53,263 nt of DNA from a virus (lineage: Duplodnaviria; Caudoviricetes). Position numbers and translations under genes: made by a program. Below the pieces are notes generated by a model. It was not told where the DNA came from, did no database searches, and saw only the letters and a program-made list of their open reading frames with translations. Positions 1-9,400 of this stretch are shown piece by piece. How positions within the stretch are numbered: position 1 is the stretch's first letter; each line of letters opens with the position of its first letter. The DNA lies in the IMG/VR virus record IMGVR_UViG_3300036852_000419, positions 1 through 53,263 of that record. The stretch is one strand, 5' to 3'.

Positions 1-127
1 AACTGAACGCGCGTGCAAACCGCGCGGGATTTTGCGCAATGACGCGCTTGCAACGTGTATCTCGTCTGACTCAGATACCAAAGCTAATTGCGCGTGGTGT
101 CCTAACAGAGCTTCACGCCATCGCTTT
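1..127. repeat. Terminal direct repeat (left copy); probable assembly overlap of a circular contig
   Basis: Bases 1-127 (aactgaacgc...catcgcttt) are identical to 53137-53263. Confidence 0.95.
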
Positions 128-165
128 TCCTCGGACTGATAATCGTGAACATTGAGCGCGCTCAT
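1..165 (-). CDS. 5' part of a hypothetical protein spanning the circular junction (about 116 aa in total, ending at 52951)
   Basis: ATG at 165 preceded by AAAGGA. The frame MSALNVHDYQSEEKRWREALLGHHAQLALVSESDE... is open and in frame with ORF 52951..53217. Confidence 0.65.
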   Translation of the reverse strand, partial: MSALNVHDYQSEEKRWREALLGHHAQLALVSESDEIHVASASLRKIPRGLHARSV

Positions 166-350
166 ATCGCGAATCCTTTCACTTTCCCTTGCACGCTACG
201 CAATGTCTCATGTTCAGAACGCTTCAGATGCGCGAGACGAATCTTGTGCGCGCGCTTGGCGTCAATGTGAGAACATGAGTAGGTTGACATGCGAAAAGCC
301 GCATGAACATTAGGTGAAACTGCGTTTTGATTTGTCATAGTGCGAACAGA

Positions 351-722
351 TTAGCTCTGCACACTCGCGTTGTCAAGCGGTTTCTGTTCTTCACTCGCGA
401 CAAGCTCAATCACGCTTGGTTGTGCTTTGGCGGAGCGCTCGTTGTCAGACTCATCGCGACGCTTGCCTGGTCCTGGAAACCCTAGCAATTGCCTGCGCAT
501 CTCACTAAGCTCGCGATATTCCTTGCTCAGTGCCAAGCGCAATCCAGGATCCTGAGTCTTGATAGCATCGCGCCAAAAGCTCATTGCGAGCTTTCGAATT
601 CGCGGCAAAACCTCTTTGTGATAAGTCGCTTTGTGCCAAGCGTAGCTTGTGGCGGAACGTGATTGTGAGCGGAGCAAGGACTTAGATGATAATCTGCCGT
701 CCGCTATGTCGAGAGTTGGCAT
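351..722 (-). CDS. Hypothetical protein, possibly small-terminase-like
   Basis: 123-aa helical basic ORF with an upstream TTGACT promoter-like element; the function is a weak guess. Confidence 0.5.
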   Translation of the reverse strand: MPTLDIADGRLSSKSLLRSQSRSATSYAWHKATYHKEVLPRIRKLAMSFWRDAIKTQDPGLRLALSKEYRELSEMRRQLLGFPGPGKRRDESDNERSAKAQPSVIELVASEEQKPLDNASVQS

Positions 723-931
723 ATCAATTCATCCGAATGTGAGGATAAGTTAAGCTCGCGAGATGAGTTGAGTCAAGCCCCTGAAAGCGAAAAAGCCCCA
801 AGCGGAGCGCGAGAGGCTGGCGAGATCTAACCTGATCTCGATTGAACCAAGTCCCGATGGGTGTTCAAACTGGTCTAAAGGCGGAGCGTAGTGGATATCA
901 ACGTAACGATAGGCTTTCATGTGATGGGTGA

Positions 932-970
932 GAAGAGAAACCCCGCTCCAGCGTGATGCCAGAACGGGGC
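932..970 (-). terminator. Intrinsic terminator-like hairpin
   Basis: Minus strand GCCCCGTTCTGGC-ATCAC-GCTGGAGCGGGGT (13-bp stem with GU pairs) followed by TTCTCTTCT. Confidence 0.55.
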
Positions 971-1063
971 GAGCAGCTATGACCTCTGCTTAAGCTTTGA
1001 CCGGGCGCAGCCAGTGTCAAGAAGGTAATGCGAGCCATGACGCGAAATATCTTCACAAACCGC

Positions 1064-1091
1064 TTGACAGGGGCGCGGGGAGTGATATGAT
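1064..1091 (+). promoter_or_regulatory. Sigma70-type promoter
   Basis: TTGACA-16 nt-(TGn)TATGAT, ending 9 nt before the ATG at 1101. Confidence 0.7.
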
Positions 1092-1100
1092 GACAGCACT

Positions 1101-1541
1101 ATGACAAAACTCATCCCTATTCCACTCCCAGAACTAGAACGCACAGCCAAGCGCTTTGAGCGCGAGATTACGCGATTGCTCAAGGCACTGAAGAAAGACA
1201 TTGGCGATGATTATCGGGCCAGCGATGATCCGGACGACAAGCTGCCTGGAATGCTGGTCACAGTCAGCACCGACAACGAATTGAGTGGCTGGAATTATCA
1301 GACCGGCGACAATAGCTATACGGGCGGTTGCTATGGGCAGTCACATTGGGCGGTGATTTATCTGTATCGCAAGAGCAATTGCGCTGATCTGGCGCACGAT
1401 GCAGTGGAGGAATTGCTTGACTTGGTTGCTAAATCGCACTCGCTGGCTGGATTTCGTGGCTGGGAAATGCGGACCGAGCGGAGGAGAGCTAAAACCCTCT
1501 TGACAGTCGCGCTCAAAGCGTGTAGAAAGGTTGGACTATGA
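1101..1541 (+). CDS. Hypothetical early protein
   Basis: 146-aa ORF directly downstream of a promoter. Confidence 0.7.
   Translation: MTKLIPIPLPELERTAKRFEREITRLLKALKKDIGDDYRASDDPDDKLPGMLVTVSTDNELSGWNYQTGDNSYTGGCYGQSHWAVIYLYRKSNCADLAHDAVEELLDLVAKSHSLAGFRGWEMRTERRRAKTLLTVALKACRKVGL
1500..1528 (+). promoter_or_regulatory. Sigma70-type promoter
   Basis: TTGACA-17 nt-TAGAAA, just before the ATG at 1538. Confidence 0.6.
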
Positions 1542-1876
1542 CACTCTACGAAGAACTTAAGATTGCAGGCACCCCGCCCACCGAGAGCGAGTGGGAAGCG
1601 ATCATTCGATACGCGGACCAGAGAGCCGAACATTTCAGCCATGACCAGTGTTGTGGTCGCGCCAGCATCCCGGCTGAAGGCGTGCTAGATCAGATTCTAA
1701 GGGGGTGTGAGAAGTGCGGACGAGTCTGGACTGAGGATCTCGCGAGTGCGCCTAAGCTTTCCACGCTTTTGATCAACGAAGCTTTCGCGCTCATGAGGCA
1801 GGCTGTGGACAGAGCGGCGCTGGAAGAACAGAGGACGAGGGATGAGTATTTTAGGGGTTTGCGCCGTGAAAGCTAA
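1538..1876 (+). CDS. Hypothetical protein
   Basis: 112-aa ORF with ATGA overlap and a CxxC motif. Confidence 0.65.
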   Translation: MTLYEELKIAGTPPTESEWEAIIRYADQRAEHFSHDQCCGRASIPAEGVLDQILRGCEKCGRVWTEDLASAPKLSTLLINEAFALMRQAVDRAALEEQRTRDEYFRGLRRES

Positions 1877-1894
1877 GCTCAGTGAGCGCCAAGC

Positions 1895-2200
1895 GTGGCT
1901 GAAGATCGCGAGAGCATGAACCCTATCCATCGTTGTCCAACGTGTCTGACCCCCCTGGTCTTCTTCGACTGCCAGGACAACGGCGTGCAGCTCTACTGCG
2001 GCTTCGGGCCGTGCGAGAGCGAGAGGGCGAACGCTGGGACTCGCGGAGTGACGCTAAGAGACGCTTTCGAGAGGCTGGAAGACGCGGTGCTGTGCGAGCT
2101 GGGGGAGCGCGATGAGCAGCGAGAGCGAGACAGAGCCAAGGAGGAAGAGAATTTTGAGTGGAAGCGGCGGGTGCGGGAGGGATCGAGGTATGCGACATGA
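1895..2200 (+). CDS. Hypothetical Cys-containing protein
   Basis: ORF in a co-oriented early cluster; CPTC motif. Confidence 0.6.
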   Translation: MAEDRESMNPIHRCPTCLTPLVFFDCQDNGVQLYCGFGPCESERANAGTRGVTLRDAFERLEDAVLCELGERDEQRERDRAKEEENFEWKRRVREGSRYAT

Positions 2201-2316
2201 ATACAGTCGAAGTCATTCAAGTGATTAAGACCACGCTTTCGAGGCGCGGTGGAGGGCGTAGCACAGAAACTGTGTGGTGATGCGAAACAACTAACAACAG
2301 AAAGCGAGAAGAGAGA

Positions 2317-2592
2317 ATGATTACCAGAAAGCTAGTGCCCGCTACGACCAAGTTCGTGGCTGGCGATGGGAGCGAACATGACACGCTGGCGGCAGCACAG
2401 AGAGCGGATTTGATTGTGTTGCTGAGCATTGCCCAAAGCAAGCACATCGTGGACACACTGACCACGGGGCCGAAGAGCATCGTCAAAGCGCGCGCTGTCA
2501 ACGGAGGCAAGAAGCCCCGAAAGCCCCGCGTAGTGGCGGAGCAGTTTGCGCTGCCGGTGGCTGAGGCAGAGGCGCAGAGCAAGAGCGCGTAG
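2317..2592 (+). CDS. Hypothetical protein
   Basis: 91-aa ORF with a purine-rich leader. Confidence 0.6.
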   Translation: MITRKLVPATTKFVAGDGSEHDTLAAAQRADLIVLLSIAQSKHIVDTLTTGPKSIVKARAVNGGKKPRKPRVVAEQFALPVAEAEAQSKSA

Positions 2593-2598
2593 CACGCC

Positions 2599-2799
2599 AT
2601 GGCTATTCGTATAATAGATGTTCCGCTAAGCCCTAACGTGGTAAAGCAGACCGTGTGTCATAATTGCGGTGTGACACTTGAGTATGTACCTGCCGATACT
2701 CGTGAGGAAGTTCGACGGGATTACACGGGGGATGCAGATACGTTCAGAGTCTTAGATTGCCCGAAATGCAAGACCAAGCTCACTGTCGCGCGCTTATGA
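2599..2799 (+). CDS. Small zinc-ribbon protein
   Basis: CHNC...CPKC motif pair. Confidence 0.6.
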   Translation: MAIRIIDVPLSPNVVKQTVCHNCGVTLEYVPADTREEVRRDYTGDADTFRVLDCPKCKTKLTVARL

Positions 2800-2996
2800 C
2801 CACCCCGCCTGACATGTCTCCTGAGGCTCCGCTGGTTGCGCTGGTGCGGGATCAGATTGTGAAAGGGAAAAGCCTATCGACTCTGGTTCACGAGGCTCGA
2901 CTCAGGAGAAAGCGTCGCGTGGTGGAAGAGCCCATCGAGAGCTTGAGCGAGGTGCTGGAGAGGGCGAAGAAGGTGAGAGAGGAGAATCCGGCGTGA
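2796..2996 (+). CDS. Hypothetical protein
   Basis: ATG at 2796 overlaps the upstream stop; its stop overlaps the next start. Confidence 0.5.
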   Translation: MTTPPDMSPEAPLVALVRDQIVKGKSLSTLVHEARLRRKRRVVEEPIESLSEVLERAKKVREENPA

Positions 2997-3991
2997 CACC
3001 ATTTACCGACATGAGCATGTGGCTGCCCAAAAGCGTGCGCGAGGAGGGTGTGTTTCGCTGTGATGCGACGACGCTGAGCGGGATTCTGAAGTGTATGCGC
3101 TACGAGGCAACGCGAACTTCGCTTTCCCGCGTGCCCTCTGGCTGGCAACGCAATCTGGGCTTCGGCGGCGCTCTGCACGCCGCGCTGGACGTGAGACAAA
3201 AGGCGATGATGCGGGGGGAGAAGGTGAGTCAGAGCGCGATGGACGCGGAGATTGAGAAAGCTTTTGCGGGCGCGGTGCTTCAAGATGACGAGTGGCTACA
3301 TTCGGGAAGATGTCGTGAGGCTGTCGGTCTTTACTGCCAGCAATATCCTAGCGAGGATTTTGAGATCATGGCGAGCGAGGTGAGTGCGGAGAAGGAGCTG
3401 GGAACTGTGCTCTATACCGAGACGTTGATGGGTATGGGCAAGGAGCATCGCGTCGAGAAAGAGTGCCGAGTCAAGTGGCAAGGCAAGGGCGACGGCATCT
3501 GGCGACGCGGGCGACACGGGCACTGTGCCGTGAAGGACACGAAATCGACCACGCAGCTCGGCGACCCTGAAATGAAGCGCAAAGAGTTCGAGATGGGGCA
3601 TCAGCTCAAGATGTATGATTGGCTCTTTAGCGACCGCGAGTGGGGCACGATTCGCGAGAATGTAGTGGATCTGGTGGTGCTCAGAGCGCCACTCGCGAAG
3701 GTGACAGCGAAGAGCCTCCCCAGGCATGAGTTCTATCGCTGGGTCATCAGCTACACTGACGAGCAGATCGAGGAAGCCAAGCGCGACGCGCTGAAGGTCA
3801 TTGGGCTCTGGCTCACTGCCTGTGCGCATCACAGCGAGCCGCCACCGATGACGGGAGCGCCGCTGGAGTGCACGTGGGGGAAGGGGTGCTGTTATCGTGA
3901 GGTGTGTGAGCAGCGGAGCGAGAAAGATCGCATGGCTTGGCTTAGCTCAGGTGCTTTTAGGGGCAACGATTTTAACCCCATGAATATGTGA
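2993..3991 (+). CDS. PD-(D/E)XK exonuclease, Cas4/RecB-like, probable Fe-S cluster
   Basis: GKGDG...VKDTKS and QLKMY motifs; an N-terminal Cys plus C-terminal CxxxxxCxxxxxC; lies next to a Sak4-like ATPase and an SSB-like gene. Confidence 0.8.
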   Translation: MTPFTDMSMWLPKSVREEGVFRCDATTLSGILKCMRYEATRTSLSRVPSGWQRNLGFGGALHAALDVRQKAMMRGEKVSQSAMDAEIEKAFAGAVLQDDEWLHSGRCREAVGLYCQQYPSEDFEIMASEVSAEKELGTVLYTETLMGMGKEHRVEKECRVKWQGKGDGIWRRGRHGHCAVKDTKSTTQLGDPEMKRKEFEMGHQLKMYDWLFSDREWGTIRENVVDLVVLRAPLAKVTAKSLPRHEFYRWVISYTDEQIEEAKRDALKVIGLWLTACAHHSEPPPMTGAPLECTWGKGCCYREVCEQRSEKDRMAWLSSGAFRGNDFNPMNM

Positions 3992-4064
3992 AGCTGAAAC
4001 CTTGTCTAGGGATCTTGGAGATAGCGTGGAATAAGCGTGAGTTTGAAATAGTTCCACAAACCTC

Positions 4065-4093
4065 TTGACACCCCGCCTCACTTCAACTAAAAG
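4065..4093 (+). promoter_or_regulatory. Sigma70-type promoter
   Basis: TTGACA-17 nt-TAAAAG in an intergenic gap. Confidence 0.5.
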
Positions 4094-4206
4094 AGAAAGC
4101 GAAAGACGACGACTATGACAACTCAAGACCAAGCTATGCCGAAAGTGCAAATGCGTCACTACGCTGCGAGACATAATGCCGACGCGATGCTGAAAGCGAG
4201 GGGGAA

Positions 4207-4392
4207 GTGAGCAAGCGTGTCGAATATCTCGTGACTTGTGCTGTGCAAACGAAGGGTCAACAGCAATGGACCGTGATGGCTACAAGTGAAGAGGAAGCCA
4301 AGTTGCGCGTTGAAGAAGGTGAGGGCGAAATAGCTGGAGAGGAATTTGATGTTCAGTCTTCCAAGGTAGTGAAAGTCGAGGTGAACTCATGA
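4207..4392 (+). CDS. Hypothetical protein
   Basis: 61-aa ORF with GAGGGG upstream, overlapping the next start. Confidence 0.55.
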   Translation: MSKRVEYLVTCAVQTKGQQQWTVMATSEEEAKLRVEEGEGEIAGEEFDVQSSKVVKVEVNS

Positions 4393-5210
4393 GCGACTTC
4401 CTCAACAGCATCATTCCCAGCGCACCCGTCGCTGCTAGTGTGACCGAGCCTCGCTCCCTGCTCATCTACAGCGATTTCAAGGTCGGGAAGAGTCAACTCG
4501 CGAGCGATCTCACGATGCGCGCCAAAGCGCTCTGGCTCGACTACGAGGACGGGAGCGAAGGGCTCCCAGGCGTCAAGATCAACGTGATCAAGCAAGTGAA
4601 CGAGATCAATGCCACGCGGCCAGAGAATAACAAGCTGAAGCGCATAGACTTTCTGCTTCAGCTCTGGCGTGAGCTTGCGGCTGAGACGCCTCCGCGCTTC
4701 GATGTGATCGTGCATGATAAGTTGGATAATCTTGAGGAGTGGGCGACCAAGTGGGCGACGGCATATTACAAAAGTACGGTCATTGGCCGTAACTGGACGG
4801 GCGATAATGTGCTCGAACTTCCTGAAGGGTCCGGCTACAGCTACTTGCGCGACAAGTTCTTAGAGCTATGGAACGCGCTCATGGCCGCTTCACCGCGCTC
4901 GATTCTGTTCACCAGCCTCCGCATGAAATACGTCGGCAAAGCTGACACGATGGTCGAGAGCAAGGATCTGGATCTGTGCGGAAAGGTGAGAAAGATCGCG
5001 GCGGGGTTCACAGACGCGCCGAGCTATATGTGGCGGGATGCACAGAGTGCGAACTGGCTGAGCTTCAAGACGAGCGAGAAAGGGACTTTCTGCGGGTGCA
5101 GGATTCCTTATCTGGAGGGGAGAGAGATCAAGATCAGCGAGAAGATGAGCGACGGGAAGGTGAAAGTGAACTGGCACGAGATTTATCCGAGCTTGTTTCC
5201 GAAGGCATAA
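4389..5210 (+). CDS. AAA_24 / Sak4-like P-loop ATPase (recombination)
   Basis: Walker A-like YSDFKVGKS, LDYEDG, Walker B-like VIVHD, and GSGY motif. Confidence 0.8.
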   Translation: MSDFLNSIIPSAPVAASVTEPRSLLIYSDFKVGKSQLASDLTMRAKALWLDYEDGSEGLPGVKINVIKQVNEINATRPENNKLKRIDFLLQLWRELAAETPPRFDVIVHDKLDNLEEWATKWATAYYKSTVIGRNWTGDNVLELPEGSGYSYLRDKFLELWNALMAASPRSILFTSLRMKYVGKADTMVESKDLDLCGKVRKIAAGFTDAPSYMWRDAQSANWLSFKTSEKGTFCGCRIPYLEGREIKISEKMSDGKVKVNWHEIYPSLFPKA

Positions 5211-5213
5211 GAC

Positions 5214-5459
5214 ATGAAACTTCACCTTAGAGCTAACGAGACCAACGCCAAGCACACACGGCTGACGCTGTTTGTGAACGGAGCTAACTGCGGTGAGCTT
5301 TGTCTGCTGAACGCTGAAGCGATCTGGCTGTGTCATATCCTGTCGAAGGGAACCGACGCGCTCTCGCCTGCTGGAAGGATTCCGATTGATTTTGTGTCGT
5401 CGGGACGATTTCCGGAGCCCGATGCGAATGAGATCGACGATTGTGTGAGAAAGCTGTGA
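5214..5459 (+). CDS. Hypothetical protein
   Basis: 81-aa ORF tightly packed in the operon. Confidence 0.6.
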   Translation: MKLHLRANETNAKHTRLTLFVNGANCGELCLLNAEAIWLCHILSKGTDALSPAGRIPIDFVSSGRFPEPDANEIDDCVRKL

Positions 5460-5475
5460 ACAATTTTCAGATTCT

Positions 5476-6202
<727 letters not shown>

Positions 6203-6300
6203 AGGTGCGACTTTAGATCGTGAGCGCTGGCGACCCCAGCTCTCCGTTCGAACGATCAGCTCTAGGCTCGCCCCGTCATAGTCGGACTGGGGCTGATCGG

Positions 6301-6402
6301 TCGAGCGAGTGGTGGAAGAGAGACACGCCCATAGCCGATGTTGGGAGTGAGAACTTACGGCAAGTGATCACTGTGCAGAGTGAGATTCTCTGCCTCGCTC
6401 GA
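6301..6402 (+). ncRNA. tRNA-like structured element (non-canonical)
   Basis: Stem TCGAGCGAG/CTCGCTCGA, D-arm-like TGGTGGAA..AGACAC, CCCA/TGGG arm, long variable arm AGTGA/TCACT, and T-arm-like GCAGAG-TGAGATT-CTCTGC; no encoded CCA. Confidence 0.55.
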
Positions 6403-9400
6403 ATGATTTCAATGATCAAGATCCCAAACCAATTCCCCGCGCTGGAGCCTCAAGGCCCCACGCGCATCGCCATCGTTCTCGATTTTCCCGACCGTGAAAG
6501 CGCTCACCAGGGCGTTGCGCTAGGCGGAGAGGCAGCGAGGCTGCTAGAAGGCGCCCTGGGTCACGTTGGGATCGCGCTCGCGAGCTGCTTCGTGGGCAAC
6601 GTCAGCCAGGTCACAGCCACGAGCTTCAACGTGCTGGCCTGGGAAGGTGAGGAGGTGCAGAGCGGCATCGCACAGCTTCGCGCTGATCTTGAACGCTTCA
6701 AGCCCAGCATCGTGGTTTGCATGGGCACGGCGGCTCTCCATCTCTTTCGCGTCGGCAACCTCGCCCCCCGCAAAGTGAAAGCAGGCTTTGATTGGCCGAG
6801 CAAGATTGGGAGCTGGAGGGGGTCGTTGTTCGAGAGCATGTGGCTGGCTAGCTGCGTGGAGAACGTGCCTGAAAGTGTGATTGTTCATGGCGTGAAGTGT
6901 CTTGCCGCTCTCCCCCCCGCCATGGTCCTTCGCGACTACGGGCTTCAGGCTTACTATCGGACGGGAGTGGGAGGGTTGGGGGATTTGGAGAGACTCAAGC
7001 AAGAGATGGGGATCTGTGAACTAACGCTTCCTCAGCGCAGTATCTGCATCGCAGCCCCTGAATATGGCTGGGGCGTGGAAGGAATCTGTGCGGAACTTTA
7101 CAAGCTGAAGGTCGCGGGTGTGCCGCTGGGCCAGGACTTAGAAGGCTATCCTGGGAATGTGACGTGCATGGCTTACGCGCCCGCTTCGAATCGAGCGCTT
7201 GTAATTCCATTCGCGCATATCGATGGGACTTCGGTGTGGAGCGAGGACGAGGAGACGCGATTGTGGCAAGCGCAGCGGGATTTGATTCTGGAGAACACAG
7301 AGCTTACGAAAGTCGGTCAGAATTACTACTGCTACGATGCGTTCGCTCTCGCGTGGACCTACGGGATTGTGGTTAAGAATATAGAAGACGCTATCCTCGC
7401 GTGGTGGGAATTGTTTCCGGAGCTTTTGAAAGGACTCGCGACTCAGACGAGCTTGCTGACGAGACAGCCGTTCTACAAGCCGGACAAGGAAGACGGCGAG
7501 TTGCAGTTCAAGAGCGATGAGGAGTTCTGGACTTACAACGGGATCGATGCGTGCGTGACGCTGGAGTGCTGGGAGAGGGAGAAGGCGTTGATGGACGCGG
7601 GGCAGCAGAGTCATTATCAGTTCAATATCTCGTTGCTTCCGGCGATTAGGTACATGATGCTCCGAGGCATCAAGTTTGACAAAGGTCGCGCGAAGGAGGC
7701 GAGAGAGAAAGCGTCGCGAGGGGCGATGGAGTTGCAGGCGGAGATTGACCAGGTGCAGGCTCGCGAGGATGGGCTGGGAACAGCGTTGTGCGATCTCTAT
7801 GCGAATCTGATGTCGAGCACGGCGTCTGAGGAATGGTTCGCAGCTCTCACCCTCCGCTGTCTCGGATGCAAGAATCCTCGCGTCAAGGTCGAGGTCGTGG
7901 AAGAGCGCTGGCAGCCGATGAGATGGAATGGAAAGAAGTGGGTGAAGGATGGGAAACGTGTTGATGCAGCGGGACGTGAGTTGCTCAGAGCAAATCCGAT
8001 TTTCAAATGCTTGGAGAAAGACACAGAGCCTTGCGTAGTGATCGAGTTAGGTCTCCTTTGGCTCAAGCCCATGCACAAGCTCACGCTCAAGCGCCAGCCC
8101 TTCGCGCCCGCCTCTCTCTCCGACTGCGAGCCTCACATCTTGGAGAGCAAGAGAGCTGAGTGGAAGAGAGTGAAAGCGATTTGGAAGGAATTAAGCTATG
8201 GACAAACTGCTGATAGAGGAAATTCGTCTGTTAAGATGGCGATTGATGAGAGAAGCGGATTACATACAAGATCATCTGCTCTCCTCGGTGAACTCTCCAC
8301 TCTTCTCGGTCTCGCCGTCAACATCGGGAGCACGAACCAAGGCGGCGACGCGCAGAGGTTCCTCTACGAAACGTGCGGTCTCAGGAGGATCTACAAAGAC
8401 GCGTGGACGGGGAGGTTGTCGTGGGAGGCGGAAGGGGAGTGGAGGAAGAGGCTCAAAGCGAAAGGATTAACATGTGAAACTGAAGCGAATCAAGAGACGC
8501 TTGGAGGATGCGATGACGTGGCTGGAGCCGCCAATGGACGCGCAGAAGGCGAGGATTCATCTATTTGCAGCGCTAAACCTGCTGGAAAGCGTTTCTCCAC
8601 CGATCAGCAAACCCTGGATAAGCTCTACGCGGCGACGCAAGACGTGAGGGTGTTGTGGTGCTTGCAGCAGCGGAGGCTGAGGCTCGCAGCCACGAATCTC
8701 GACAAAGAGATCGATGACGACGGGAGGATCAGAAGCTCGATCAGTCTCGTGAAAGAGACCGGGCGCATGGCGGCGAGTGAGAGTCCGATGGGAACGGGAA
8801 CGAACCTCCAGAGCTGGGACAAGCATCATCGTCATGTGATGGTGGCGGACGAGGGCTGCGTGATGGGGCAGTGTGATCTTGAAGGCGCTGACTCGTGGAC
8901 CGTGGCGGCGGAGTGTGCGGCTCTCGGTGACACGAAGATGCTGGAGGATCTGAGAGCGGGGCTGAAGCCTGCGAAGGGGCTTTGCTTCGGTTACTTCGAA
9001 CCGGGACTCTATCAGAATGCGAGCACGGATCTCATGAAAGCGCGCTTGAAAGAGCTGACGCTTCCGGACTGGCTTTATCCAGGCGCAAAGAGCAGTCTTC
9101 ACGGGGGGTGCTACGGGAGCGGATGGCGCACGACGATTGATACGATTCTGAAGTATTCGATGGCGGATCTGCCACTGGATCTGAAGACAGCGAGACCGAT
9201 TGTGCTTTCGAAAGAGCAAGTGGATAAGCTGAGAAGCGCGCTATTTCTACGCTACCCTGGCATCAAGGCTTGGCACGCGAAGACTGAGAAGCTCTTGCTC
9301 ACGACGGGAGTGCTTGAGATGAACACGGGGCACCGCAGGAGGATCTATCAGCGCAAAGCGGAATTCAAGCAGGGGAGAAAGGTCGCGTGTCATGAGACGC

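Noticed and set aside
1-127. Biological terminal repeat of T7 type
   Set aside because: The length equals a usual assembler k-mer and the repeat falls mid-gene; more likely a circular overlap
2993-3991. Cas4-like nuclease as part of a CRISPR adaptation module
   Set aside because: It sits in the common phage nuclease-Sak4-SSB recombination module, with no cas1/cas2 in the genome
6220-6402. N-terminal 61 codons of the polymerase ORF
   Set aside because: They overlap a strongly structured tRNA-like region; recognisable domain sequence begins only after ATG 6403/6412
6301-6402. Functional decoding tRNA
   Set aside because: It lacks a 7-nt anticodon loop, TTC in the T-loop and CCA; retained only as a tRNA-like element
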